Of a DNA stretch of 64,000 bases, positions 9,879-18,970 are shown one piece after another. The stretch covers positions 18,082 to 82,081 of the forward strand of contig JBGSQK010000020.1 in assembly GCA_041738135.1 (NCBI GenBank). The letters are read 5' to 3'. The stretch is from Alphaproteobacteria bacterium. Lineage in GTDB: Bacteria; Pseudomonadota; Alphaproteobacteria; JAGOMX01. Under the pieces are notes generated by a model. That model made no database searches, was not told the DNA's origin, and was given only the letters and a program-made list of their open reading frames with translations. How positions within the stretch are numbered: the first letter of the stretch is position 1; each line of letters begins with the position of its first letter. The position numbers were made by a program, and so were the translations under genes.

Positions 9879-9995
9879 CCGTCATTGCGAGCCCCTCTTG
9901 GGGCGTGGCAAACTACTTTCTTCGCTTCAGACTTATGCAAAACGGCAACACCAAAGTAGATTGCCACGCCCCAAGAGGGGCTCGCAATGACGGGG
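9879..9995. repeat. MITE-like palindromic element, family B, copy 2
   Basis: It has the same termini as copy 1 and sits 105 bp from it. Confidence 0.85.
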
Positions 9996-10004
9996 ATGGA
10001 GAAT

Positions 10005-10289
10005 CTATATAATATCCCTATATAAATCACGCCATTGTGGATTCATTTTTTCTATCAGATCAACCTTCTTTTTTCTTGAGCCGCCCTTGATTTGCTTTTC
10101 ACGGGCGATTGCCTCATCCATCGATGCATAAAACTCATAGTAAACTAAATGGGAACAATGATATTGACTGGAAAAACACTTCTTCGTAGGATTTTTGTGT
10201 TGATAAGTTCTGTGAACCAAATAAGCCGTAACCCCAGTATAAACTACTCCATCTTTTCTGCTGGCCATTATGTAAGTTGCTGGTTGCAT
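10005..10289 (-). CDS. GIY-YIG nuclease superfamily small protein (UPF0213/YhbQ-like)
   Basis: The 94-aa ORF reads YIMASRKDGVVYTGVTAYLVHRTYQHK...EFYASMDEAIAREKQIKGGSRKKKVDLIEKMNPQWRDLY, the typical GIY-Y(T)G, conserved R and E arrangement. Confidence 0.75.
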   Translation of the reverse strand: MQPATYIMASRKDGVVYTGVTAYLVHRTYQHKNPTKKCFSSQYHCSHLVYYEFYASMDEAIAREKQIKGGSRKKKVDLIEKMNPQWRDLYRDII

Positions 10290-10364
10290 ATAGTTTTCCC
10301 CCCCTATTTTTGGAGAAACATATCAAATTTGGACATTGATGTGAATAAATAAATCAGCCACCAC

Positions 10365-10486
10365 CCCCGCCATTGCGAGCCCCGCTTGGGGCGTGGCAAT
10401 CTATTTTCTTCGCAGCAATTTACTAATCAATAACGGCGGCACCACAGTAGATTGCCGCACCCCAAGAAGGGCTCGCAATGACGGGG
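10365..10486. repeat. MITE-like palindromic element, family B, copy 3 (slightly diverged termini)
   Basis: CCCCCGCCATTGCGAGCCCCGCTTGGGGCGTGGCAATCTA...GTAGATTGCCGCACCCCAAGAAGGGCTCGCAATGACGGGG. Confidence 0.8.
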
Positions 10487-10582
10487 ATGGGGAAATTTCA
10501 CTCCACCTACAAACAACAAAAAAAGCCCCCTGCCGGGGTGGGACCCTTTGGCAGGAGGCTTCTTGTTAGACTTTAGTTCGGT

Positions 10583-12361
10583 TTAGAACCTGACTGTCAA
10601 ACCTGAGTACACGATTTGTACTGGCTTGAACTTGTCGTTTTGTCCTCTACCTTTTCTTTTTAGCGACATGTTGTCGTAACGCAGATAGAGCCAAGAACCA
10701 GCGGCATCAACATCCTGTTGGATACCAACACCCCAGTTAGTACCAACTAGGTGGGTAGGACCACCGGTGGTGACACCAAAAGTACCTGAACCTGTCGCCG
10801 GAAGGTTAGTCAGCGGATCCAAGGCCATAGCTGTCCATTGACCATAGTTGGTAATAAAGTGGGTATTTCCTACACCGAAGAATTTATCGGTATAACCCAA
10901 CTTACCTGCCAAGACCTGTCCGTCTTTTTGTTTGGTTCCAGGATTTCTACCCGATCCAGGAACACCTGGTGTTGGGCTATTAGTGAAATCGAGAATATTT
11001 TGAGGAAGGTTATTGACCAGACGCCACTTTCTCTTTACCCAAGTGAATTGAGTGTTGATACCTGTACCGATTTTACCGGACATACTGAACGGCAGCAAGA
11101 TACCAAACGCCGCATTCATAGTATCAAACTTAGGGCCTCTGTAATTGAAAGGGTTATATTGATACGTGGCCAATAGCTCAGGCAAAACACCGGCTGGAAG
11201 AGGAGGCGCAATGTTCACAGGAGCTGGAAGCAGTGGAGCAAATGGGTTAGCACCCGCCGCTTGACCATTAAACTGTTGACTGTTTGCAAAAAGTATGGGG
11301 AAGTTTTGAGCAACAGTATAGCCCTCACCTGGTTCTTGTGTATGGTTACGTGACCAGCTGGCACCCATAGAGATAATAGTCTTAGTGTTTGCCCAAGGAA
11401 TACGGAACAAATTAGTCCATTTATAGGCCACATCAAAAAGATCACCAATATGCTGGTAACCGTGTGCCACTGCCAAACTCATGCCGTTAAACCAAGATTC
11501 CTGATCCACAATTACAGGCGTTGTATACATTATACGATCAGCCTGTGATGTAAGATTTGTACCATCACCCGGATTAAAAATCGTGGCGCCCGGAACAAGC
11601 GTTGACCCGCCATATGGATTGGTTGCAACGGGGTTATTGAAACGTTGTGGTACAAATACCGACCCAATTCGCGAGTTGGGAGAAATAGGGTTGTAGTTTG
11701 CTGCAGGATTTGGACGAGGAGCATTCTTATACCTAAACGCCATACCGCCCATAGTTGTAAACGGATGCAGCATAGTGAAGGTAAAAGACAAGTCCGTACC
11801 GAAAATGATACCAGAACCAGCCATGGCGCCGCGACCTAAGTTAATTCTACCCCATTTAAAGCTATCGATTGTAACTTCGCTGCGGGTTAAGAATATATTC
11901 CTAACAGCTTCAGCCTGACTTTGTGAGCGGTGTATATCTGTAAGTGCACCACCTGCAATCGGACCAACCGTTCCGTTAGAGCCATAGGAAACACCCAAGA
12001 ACGCACCGAATGTCAGACCAGGAGCCACGCGGCCCTTACCATCAAACTGGATGAAAGACGTCAAGTTGGCAGGAGTTGTGTAGGAGGTGTTGGAATGAAA
12101 TCCGTTATCCGCCCATTGTACGGCCCTGTTTGCCCAACCGGATAGTCTCATTTCATAGATTTCAAACGCTTTAACCGCATGATCTTCTAAGAACTTAACT
12201 TTTCCGTCTAATGTATCGATACGCGATGCGTTATCGTCGCAACAAGGCGGAACCCCGCTTGGTGCTGGACCAGCATTCGCAAGCACTGGGCTGTAACTAG
12301 CAGCCGCCAGCGCTAGCAAGCTAGCCGTTAGAGTTATTTTAAGTGGCCTCATCTGTCTCAT
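10583..12361 (-). CDS. Outer-membrane beta-barrel (porin-like) protein, paralog 1
   Basis: The 592-aa ORF has a signal peptide (…ASLLALAAASYSPVLANA), an N-terminal coiled-coil segment, many Gly/aromatic-rich amphipathic segments and a C-terminal ...IVYSGLTVRF ending in Phe, the OMP signature. It shares many collinear blocks with 12881..14296. Confidence 0.6.
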   Translation of the reverse strand: MRQMRPLKITLTASLLALAAASYSPVLANAGPAPSGVPPCCDDNASRIDTLDGKVKFLEDHAVKAFEIYEMRLSGWANRAVQWADNGFHSNTSYTTPANLTSFIQFDGKGRVAPGLTFGAFLGVSYGSNGTVGPIAGGALTDIHRSQSQAEAVRNIFLTRSEVTIDSFKWGRINLGRGAMAGSGIIFGTDLSFTFTMLHPFTTMGGMAFRYKNAPRPNPAANYNPISPNSRIGSVFVPQRFNNPVATNPYGGSTLVPGATIFNPGDGTNLTSQADRIMYTTPVIVDQESWFNGMSLAVAHGYQHIGDLFDVAYKWTNLFRIPWANTKTIISMGASWSRNHTQEPGEGYTVAQNFPILFANSQQFNGQAAGANPFAPLLPAPVNIAPPLPAGVLPELLATYQYNPFNYRGPKFDTMNAAFGILLPFSMSGKIGTGINTQFTWVKRKWRLVNNLPQNILDFTNSPTPGVPGSGRNPGTKQKDGQVLAGKLGYTDKFFGVGNTHFITNYGQWTAMALDPLTNLPATGSGTFGVTTGGPTHLVGTNWGVGIQQDVDAAGSWLYLRYDNMSLKRKGRGQNDKFKPVQIVYSGLTVRF

Positions 12362-12727
12362 TATTTTTTCCTTTACTTTTTTGACCGATAAATAATTTTC
12401 CTATATACATTAGCCCACATCAATAGATTTTTAACTATTTGTTAGGAAATTTGAAATCTGTGGCCTATTTACAACCATTACTTCAGTATTCACTAACTTT
12501 TCAATGGGTTAGGCAAATAGTTAACTTAGTCTTAACAACGGCTATTACGATGATTTTAACAGGCCTTTTAATTTGTGCGAGCGTTTTATTAATTACTATT
12601 TGGTAAATTGCGCAAAATTACTTGTCGCATCATTTTGTTTTCACGGGATAAGTTTGGCAAATTTTTTGTTTTATGGGAAAATGGGGGATGTGGGGAGAAT
12701 TTACGGAAACATGGGAAATATTAAAAC

Positions 12728-12865
12728 CACCGTCATGGAGAGGAGCGCTAGCGACGTGCCATCCAGTAAATGAAGTGCCGCTTGCGGCTCCGAAACTATA
12801 CAGAGCCGCAAGCGGCACATTTTGCGCTGGATGGCACGCCCTAAAGGGCTCTCCATGACGGGGGC
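12728..12865. repeat. MITE-like palindromic element, family D (ACCGTCATGGAGAGGAGCGC...GGCTCTCCATGACGGGGG), single copy
   Basis: An imperfect palindrome of about 138 bp with an internal hairpin CCGCTTGCGGCTC...GAGCCGCAAGCGG. Its outer termini CCGTCAT...ATGACGG match those of families A and B. Confidence 0.7.
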
Positions 12866-12880
12866 GAGGGAGAGCTCCCC

Positions 12881-14296
12881 CTACAACTTAACCATCAACC
12901 CAGAATAAACAATATTCACAGGCTTAAACCGGTCAGCCGTCCCCTTACGCTTCAGCCTGTAGTTATCATATCGCAAGTAAACTGCCGTACCAGCCGCCTC
13001 AATGTTTTGCACCACACCTGTACCCCAGTTTGTACCAACCATGGTAATGGGCCGACCTGTGCCTGTGCTACCTGGAATGAGCGGTGAGGCATTAGTCCAG
13101 AAATCAATATCCATAGCCCTCCACTGGCCGTAACTGGCAACCCAAGCCGTTTTACCCGCTGCGAAATACTGGTCCAAATAACCAATCTTGCCTTGCAAAG
13201 CACGACCATTGGCTTGATTGGCCATCTTCCACTTACGACTAGCGCCAGAGAAATGAAAGTTAAAACCAGTTCCTTCTTTTCCTGAGAAACTAAACGGCGT
13301 CAACACACCAATAGCGCCCGTAAACGTGTCAAACTTTGGGCCTTTAAATAGGTTTGAGTTACTACTAACCAAAGGGTTGGGATTGCCTAAAACTGCTGCA
13401 TTCTGCATAAAGTTAAAGCCTTGGATATAATCTTGGGTATGATTCCGCGCCCAACTGGTTTGCGCAACGATTGTATACTTAGCCAAAATCGCGGCAAACT
13501 TTAAAGCCACATCAAACAAATCGCCCACATTTTGATAAGAATGGGATGTGCTGAGGTTAAAGCCATAATAGTTAGGGCTGTCGTAACGAATTCGATCATT
13601 CCTACCGTAAATGCTGCCACCATCCCCATGCTCGAAAACCAAAGCACCTGGCTTTAATGTCGCATCTGGACTATTTGGGTTCTCGTTATAAGGCCTGCCG
13701 TTGCGAGCATTTCTAAAGCTAATGCCGCCCATAGATGAATATGGGTGCAAGAAGTAATAGGTACCGGAAAGATCCGTATAATAAACCACACCGGCGGATG
13801 CCATAAGACCCCTACCTAGCGATAGCTTACCGAAGTGTTTGCTGTCTGCGGTTACTTCCGATTCCCGGATAATAATATTCCTCATGGCAAGAGAGTTGGA
13901 CTGAGAACGATGCACATCCACAAACGTGTTACCGCCTGTGTTGCCTGTGGTACCGTTAGAAGCATAATCCATTTGGATTTTCGCACCCATAGTAAAATCA
14001 GGAGCCACGTCCACTGTACCCAACACTTGCACGTTGGAGGTGACGTTGTCTGGTGATACCGTGGATACGTTGGAATGAAATCCATTGTCTGCCCATTGTA
14101 GGGCACGGTTAACCCAGCCCGACAAGGTTATCTTGATAGAATCAGACGTCACCGCATGATCTTCCAGCTTCTTAACCCGCGTTTCCAAGTCAGGCTTACA
14201 AGCCTCATCGGTTTTTTCTTCCGCATGAAGTGTGTTTTGCATCCCCGCCGTCAGAACGAGAGCACTCAGTGTTAGTAAGTTTTTATTTTCAAACAT
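12881..14296 (-). CDS. Outer-membrane beta-barrel (porin-like) protein, paralog 2
   Basis: The 471-aa ORF has a signal peptide. Blocks conserved with paralog 1 include LEDHAV, SGW(A/V)NRA(V/L)QWADNGFHSN, VHRSQS, GDLFDVA, GPKFDT, GQW(T/R)AMD and GTNWG. The C-terminus is ...IVYSGLMVKL. Confidence 0.6.
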   Translation of the reverse strand: MFENKNLLTLSALVLTAGMQNTLHAEEKTDEACKPDLETRVKKLEDHAVTSDSIKITLSGWVNRALQWADNGFHSNVSTVSPDNVTSNVQVLGTVDVAPDFTMGAKIQMDYASNGTTGNTGGNTFVDVHRSQSNSLAMRNIIIRESEVTADSKHFGKLSLGRGLMASAGVVYYTDLSGTYYFLHPYSSMGGISFRNARNGRPYNENPNSPDATLKPGALVFEHGDGGSIYGRNDRIRYDSPNYYGFNLSTSHSYQNVGDLFDVALKFAAILAKYTIVAQTSWARNHTQDYIQGFNFMQNAAVLGNPNPLVSSNSNLFKGPKFDTFTGAIGVLTPFSFSGKEGTGFNFHFSGASRKWKMANQANGRALQGKIGYLDQYFAAGKTAWVASYGQWRAMDIDFWTNASPLIPGSTGTGRPITMVGTNWGTGVVQNIEAAGTAVYLRYDNYRLKRKGTADRFKPVNIVYSGLMVKL

Positions 14297-14431
14297 TTTT
14301 ATCCTCTATTTTATTAAAAAGATACATAACACCCCTTGAGACAAAATACTATACCAAAAGATGAAGAAGTTGATGTTTTTTATGGATTATTTTGTTCAGA
14401 AAAATTTGGAAACTGTAACGCTTAATTATTA

Positions 14432-14617
14432 TGGGGCTTTGCCCCACTTAACCTCTCCCCTTGTGGGAGAGGTCCGGAGCGAAGCGGAGGGGTGAGGGGC
14501 ACAAAAAAGCAATGTTTATCCCCCTCACCCGGCCTTCGGCCGACCTCTCCCACGGGGGGAGAGGTGAAGTCTCATGTTATTTTCTCAAATATCTTGGGGT
14601 TTGGGGCAAAGCCCCAA
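14432..14617. repeat. MITE-like palindromic element, family C, full-length copy flanked by a GGGGCTTTGCCCC/GGGGCAAAGCCCC hairpin pair
   Basis: TTAACCTCTCCCCTTGTGGGAGAGGTCCGGAGCGAAGCGGAGGGGTGAGGG...CCCTCACCCGGCC...CCTCTCCCACGGGGGGAGAGGTGAAG, with small GC hairpins at both flanks. Confidence 0.7.
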
Positions 14618-14622
14618 AAAAA

Positions 14623-17049
14623 CTACCCCGCCTTATTAGCGAGCTCCTTCGGATCAAAATCATCCACATGAACCACATCCATCATAGCGTTATAAGCCGA
14701 TGTCATTTGCTTTTCTTCCGCCGCGGTGATAATGCCATCTTTTTTAGCCGCCTTGATACAATCAGGGAAATCATAACCAAAAATGACCTTGTCACGCTGC
14801 GCCTTTAAGATACGTGTTTCAATTTCAAGACACGCCTCAAGCTGTTTAACCGTATCATTCAACTTGTAGAAAATATTATCCCCCTCAGGTGAAAGATAAA
14901 TACCCTTAGCAAGGCGCATGCGTACATCATCCGATGACAGCAAAGACTCCGCTACCTGATGACGCAATTTATCGTCCGGTTCGCGATAGGTCCTGCCCAG
15001 CGGAAAGACGATGATGCGCATCAGTATTGCCATCAAACGATTGGGGAAGTTTTGTATAACACCGTCCAAAGCTTTTTGCGCTTCAAACAGCAGGTACTGA
15101 TTGCTCCAATCCACAATTGGCAACATGTTAGTGGGCTGTCCTTCATCCTGAAAACGCTTTAGAACGGCGGATTGCAGATAGATCATGCTCAGCGCATCAC
15201 CCAATCTTGCAGAAATGGACTCTTTAAACTTGAGCTTGCCACCCATCAAAATCATAGAAACATCAGCCACGAAAGCAAAGGCAGCAGCAATACGGGTTGC
15301 TTTTTGGAAATAACGTTTTGTGATATGAACTTGCGCCGGTATGGATGCAAAAATACCATCGGTTATGCCCAGCACAAAAGATCTCACGGCATTACTGATG
15401 GTAAAGCCGATGTGACTCATGATGAGGGGTTCAAACTCTTGAATGTTTTTACTACGCAAAGCCAGCATTTCTTTCAATAAGTACGGATGACAACGAACAC
15501 CGCCCTGACCGAATATAATCATGTTACGCGTCAAAATATTGGCGCCCTCAACGGTGATAGCAATGGGCGAGCCTTCCCAAGCTCTCCCCACATAATTGCG
15601 GGGGCCCATCATAACGCCCTTGCCGGCATGCACATCCATGGCATTCATCACCACACGACGACTCATTTCTGTGGCATGATATTTGGAGATAGCAGATGGC
15701 ACAGCAGGCTTCTCACCACGATCGATGGCCGCCAGGGTAAACAAACGAACAGCATCTGAGATGTAAGTCAATCCAGCATTCTCAGCCAGTTTTTCTTGCA
15801 CGCCTTCAAAATTACCAATGGGAATACGGAAGGCTCTGCGGATCTTTGCATAAAGCGCCGTGGCATGGTTCATAGCTTTAGCGCTGGCCACACCCCCTGT
15901 AGGTAATGAAATAGCCCGACCAACCGCAAGACACTCCATGAGCATCCTCCAGCCTTTACCTGCCATAGCAGGACCACCTATGATCCAATCAAGTGGAATG
16001 AAAACATCCTTACCCGAAATAGGTCCATTAGCAAACGCCTGGTGCAACAGAAAATGTCGTCGACCAATTTTTACGCCCTTGGTATCGTGAGGCAGCAGAG
16101 CACAAGTAATACCATACTCATCCACGTCGCCCATTAAATGATCCGGGTCGTAAAGCTTGAACGCTAATCCCACCAAAGTAGCAATAGGCGCTAAGGTGAT
16201 ATATCGCTTTTCGAAATTAAGTCTGATACCAATGATTTCCTTGCCTTCAAACATACCTTTTTCCACAATGCCGCGATCCACCATGCTGCTGGCATCAGAT
16301 CCTGCAAGAGGAGCCGTCAAGGCAAAACAAGGAATATCTAGACCTTTAGCCAAACGGGGCAGATAATGCTTCTTTTGCTCTTCCGTTCCATATTTTCTCA
16401 GCAATTCCGCAGGTCCCAATGAGTTAGGCACCGACACAGTCATGCAAACGTCCATCTGGCGACTGCCTAATTTAAGTAAAACTTCAGAATGGGCAAAATC
16501 ACTAAACTCAAGACCACCGTATTGTTTCGGGATGCCAAACCCCAAAAATCCATTGCCACGTATGTAATCCAAAAGCTTCTTGGGAATCCCAAACTCTTCG
16601 TGGTTAACCTCCCAAGGATCTGTCATAGCGGCCAGCTCTTCCACTTTGGTATCCAGAAATTCCTGCTCCTCCTTAGAAAGAGTCGCCGGTGCTTTGGACA
16701 ACATATCAGTCCAATTGGGATTGCCGCTGAACAGTTCCCCATCCCAGTTGACCGAACCAGTCTGTAAAGCCTCTTCCTCCGTATCCGTCAATGTGGGGAG
16801 CATCTTATTGGCATATTCATAAAGGGGTTTAATGAGATATGTCATTCGCAAGTCAGGCATGTTAAGAAGCACAAGAACACCGGCAACGATCAGCCAAATG
16901 ATTAGAATGCTTAAAGAACTCAACCCACCGAAAACCGTGAGCAGAATAACATAAGCTACAATAGCACCCGTTATAATCGTTAATGACAAACGATTATATG
17001 CAAGATAACCCAACATGATGATTAGTGCGAAAAAGAATATGGTTCCCAT
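14623..17049 (-). CDS. fadE: Acyl-CoA dehydrogenase FadE (large, membrane-anchored form)
   Basis: The 808-aa ORF has two N-terminal transmembrane helices, then an acyl-CoA dehydrogenase fold with a long C-terminal extension. Length and architecture match E. coli FadE (814 aa). Confidence 0.8.
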   Translation of the reverse strand: MGTIFFFALIIMLGYLAYNRLSLTIITGAIVAYVILLTVFGGLSSLSILIIWLIVAGVLVLLNMPDLRMTYLIKPLYEYANKMLPTLTDTEEEALQTGSVNWDGELFSGNPNWTDMLSKAPATLSKEEQEFLDTKVEELAAMTDPWEVNHEEFGIPKKLLDYIRGNGFLGFGIPKQYGGLEFSDFAHSEVLLKLGSRQMDVCMTVSVPNSLGPAELLRKYGTEEQKKHYLPRLAKGLDIPCFALTAPLAGSDASSMVDRGIVEKGMFEGKEIIGIRLNFEKRYITLAPIATLVGLAFKLYDPDHLMGDVDEYGITCALLPHDTKGVKIGRRHFLLHQAFANGPISGKDVFIPLDWIIGGPAMAGKGWRMLMECLAVGRAISLPTGGVASAKAMNHATALYAKIRRAFRIPIGNFEGVQEKLAENAGLTYISDAVRLFTLAAIDRGEKPAVPSAISKYHATEMSRRVVMNAMDVHAGKGVMMGPRNYVGRAWEGSPIAITVEGANILTRNMIIFGQGGVRCHPYLLKEMLALRSKNIQEFEPLIMSHIGFTISNAVRSFVLGITDGIFASIPAQVHITKRYFQKATRIAAAFAFVADVSMILMGGKLKFKESISARLGDALSMIYLQSAVLKRFQDEGQPTNMLPIVDWSNQYLLFEAQKALDGVIQNFPNRLMAILMRIIVFPLGRTYREPDDKLRHQVAESLLSSDDVRMRLAKGIYLSPEGDNIFYKLNDTVKQLEACLEIETRILKAQRDKVIFGYDFPDCIKAAKKDGIITAAEEKQMTSAYNAMMDVVHVDDFDPKELANKAG

Positions 17050-17120
17050 AATTGCCCCTCTTTATTTTTGTTTATTATAGCATTGATGTGAGGGGGGCAC
17101 TATAGGCATTAAGGTGCCAT

Positions 17121-17175
17121 TTAACCTCTCCCCTTGTGGGAGAGGTCCGGAGCGAAGCGTAGGGGTGAAGGGACT
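17121..17175. repeat. Family C element, half copy
   Basis: TTAACCTCTCCCCTTGTGGGAGAGGTCCGGAGCGAAGCGTAGGGGTGAAGGG is identical to the left arm of the copy at 14448. Confidence 0.65.
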
Positions 17176-17263
17176 AACAAGCCGCTAGCTGCATCTTACA
17201 CAGGGTAAAAGGTGAATTTAAACATCCCTAACGGAGGCTTTGAAATGGTCACTATTATTTGGC

Positions 17264-18337
17264 TTAGAGTGATAGACGTTTCTTTATCTCGGCCAACACC
17301 CGCGGGAATTCGTCCAATGCAGGGTAGGACCAAGATTCGAGCTTGTCGCCCATAGGCCTGGTGTAACCGGCTTTTTCGAACAAGCCATGAAACCTGCGGG
17401 AAATGGCGGCGCCACCTGGCAGGTGATACGTATAAACAGGCTTACCGGTAAAGCAGGCTTCAGACGTCATCGAGACTGAATCAGATGTGACCACAATAAA
17501 GTCGGCAAGACCCAAATAGCCAAAATAGGGATTATGGGATTTGGAATCCCATACCACAGCAGGCAAATTTTTAAATGCCTCAACTAGTTCGTCCCGGTTT
17601 TCCAACTCGGTTCGACGAGAAGGAAGGATCGCAATACCTACACCGTACGCCTCGACCCAATGCTGTAACTTCTTTTTTAAATCCTGAACTACCTTAGGTG
17701 TAAGACTGTATCTTTTGTTGGTACCACCAATAAGAACCGTGACCAGTGGCCGCGGCAAATGCGCCAGCGTACCTTTAACTTTTTCTGCCTTTGATTGCAG
17801 GCGCTCTTTGGTCACACGATGCAACGCACCTTCAGTTTGAATAACATTGGGGCCATCATATCGATCATGAATGGGAGCAATCACCAGGTCAAAATGTCGG
17901 GGAGACATCATGGGGCTTTGCAACTGGATGGTTTTGGTTTTGCCTCCTGAAAGTCGGCGAATTTCAGCAACAGGCGCCGCACTTGCTCTACCGGCTGCGA
18001 TCACCACATCGGGCCATGGGGCTTTAAGGAAATCACCATCCTGGTTGACTATACCTTTGATGGAATTAAACCACATCTGAGGAATGAGGTATTTCCAAGG
18101 AAACCTTGCGGAGATCTCATGCACAATAGGTTTCAAACCCAATGCCTCCGCAAGACCAATACATTGATTACCAGTGCCCACCTTACCTGCATCATAAATG
18201 ACCCAACAGCTTGGTTTGGCTTTACGTGACTTGCCCTTCGTATCTTCGCATATCACATCAGGCTCAAGTACTTTTAGAGGATCAAGCCCCACTTTCGTTG
18301 TGCGCACTCCCTGACGTGACTGGCGGGGTGTAATCAT
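17264..18337 (-). CDS. ELM1/DUF1022-family protein (mitochondrial-fission ELM1 homolog, predicted glycosyltransferase-like)
   Basis: CWVIYDAGKVGTGNQCIGLAEALGL matches the N-terminal signature of alphaproteobacterial DUF1022/ELM1 proteins. The annotated start may be about 45 codons too far upstream. Confidence 0.55.
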   Translation of the reverse strand: MITPRQSRQGVRTTKVGLDPLKVLEPDVICEDTKGKSRKAKPSCWVIYDAGKVGTGNQCIGLAEALGLKPIVHEISARFPWKYLIPQMWFNSIKGIVNQDGDFLKAPWPDVVIAAGRASAAPVAEIRRLSGGKTKTIQLQSPMMSPRHFDLVIAPIHDRYDGPNVIQTEGALHRVTKERLQSKAEKVKGTLAHLPRPLVTVLIGGTNKRYSLTPKVVQDLKKKLQHWVEAYGVGIAILPSRRTELENRDELVEAFKNLPAVVWDSKSHNPYFGYLGLADFIVVTSDSVSMTSEACFTGKPVYTYHLPGGAAISRRFHGLFEKAGYTRPMGDKLESWSYPALDEFPRVLAEIKKRLSL

Positions 18338-18339
18338 GC

Positions 18340-18819
18340 TTACTTGAATTCAACTTTGATGATTTCGTAGGCTTTTGACCCGTTTGGGGTCACCACCTCG
18401 ATCTCATCACCTTGGCTTTTACCAATCAGACCACGGGCCAGCGGCGCTGAGATAGACAGCAAACCGCTATCAATGTTGGATTCATCGTCGCCGACAATCT
18501 GGTAAACGGATTCCTTATCCGTATCCACATCCACCAAGGTCACCGTTGCACCAAAGACGATTCGATCGCCCTTATGCTTGGCTATATCTATGACTTCAAC
18601 GCGAGGGAGCTTGTTTTCAAGCTCGGCGATGCGGCCCTCAATGAACCCCTGACGCTCACGCGCCGTATGATATTCAGCATTTTCCGACAGATCGCCATGC
18701 AAGCGGGCCTCTGAAATAGCTTGAATAATACTCGGCCTTTCAACAACCTTAAGATGCTGAAGCTCTGTCTGTAAACGCTGATATCCCGCAGCTGTCATCG
18801 GTATTTTTTCTATGGCCAT
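18340..18819 (-). CDS. greA: Transcription elongation factor GreA
   Basis: [24 protein letters not shown]...[32 protein letters not shown] is collinear with E. coli GreA. The start is taken at the second ATG (MAIEKIPMT) rather than the longer ORF start at 18834. Confidence 0.85.
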   Translation of the reverse strand: MAIEKIPMTAAGYQRLQTELQHLKVVERPSIIQAISEARLHGDLSENAEYHTARERQGFIEGRIAELENKLPRVEVIDIAKHKGDRIVFGATVTLVDVDTDKESVYQIVGDDESNIDSGLLSISAPLARGLIGKSQGDEIEVVTPNGSKAYEIIKVEFK

Positions 18820-18970
18820 AGTCCTGAAATCCATTCGTTGTACTGACTAAAATTAGTAAAATATGACCGCTCAATATAACATATGGTCAGGCGTGTACAA
18901 GAAAAAACTTTAAGAATTCAATTTAATCAGGCATTATCGTAAGGCTAAATTGTTAAAAGGGGCGCACATC

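Noticed and set aside
9619-9990. 123-aa ORF on the plus strand, and similar ORFs at 28888-29094, 36085-36441 and 38752-38997
   Set aside because: These are translations running through the palindromic MITE copies. The amino-acid sequences are low complexity and repeat-derived (…PRGARNDG… recurs because the DNA repeat recurs), and there is no RBS or independent support.
9656-10486. Closely spaced B-family repeats as a possible CRISPR array
   Set aside because: The repeats are long imperfect palindromes of about 119 bp separated by 105 bp and then 370 bp containing a gene. They lack the short regular direct repeats and unique spacers of CRISPR, and no cas genes are present.
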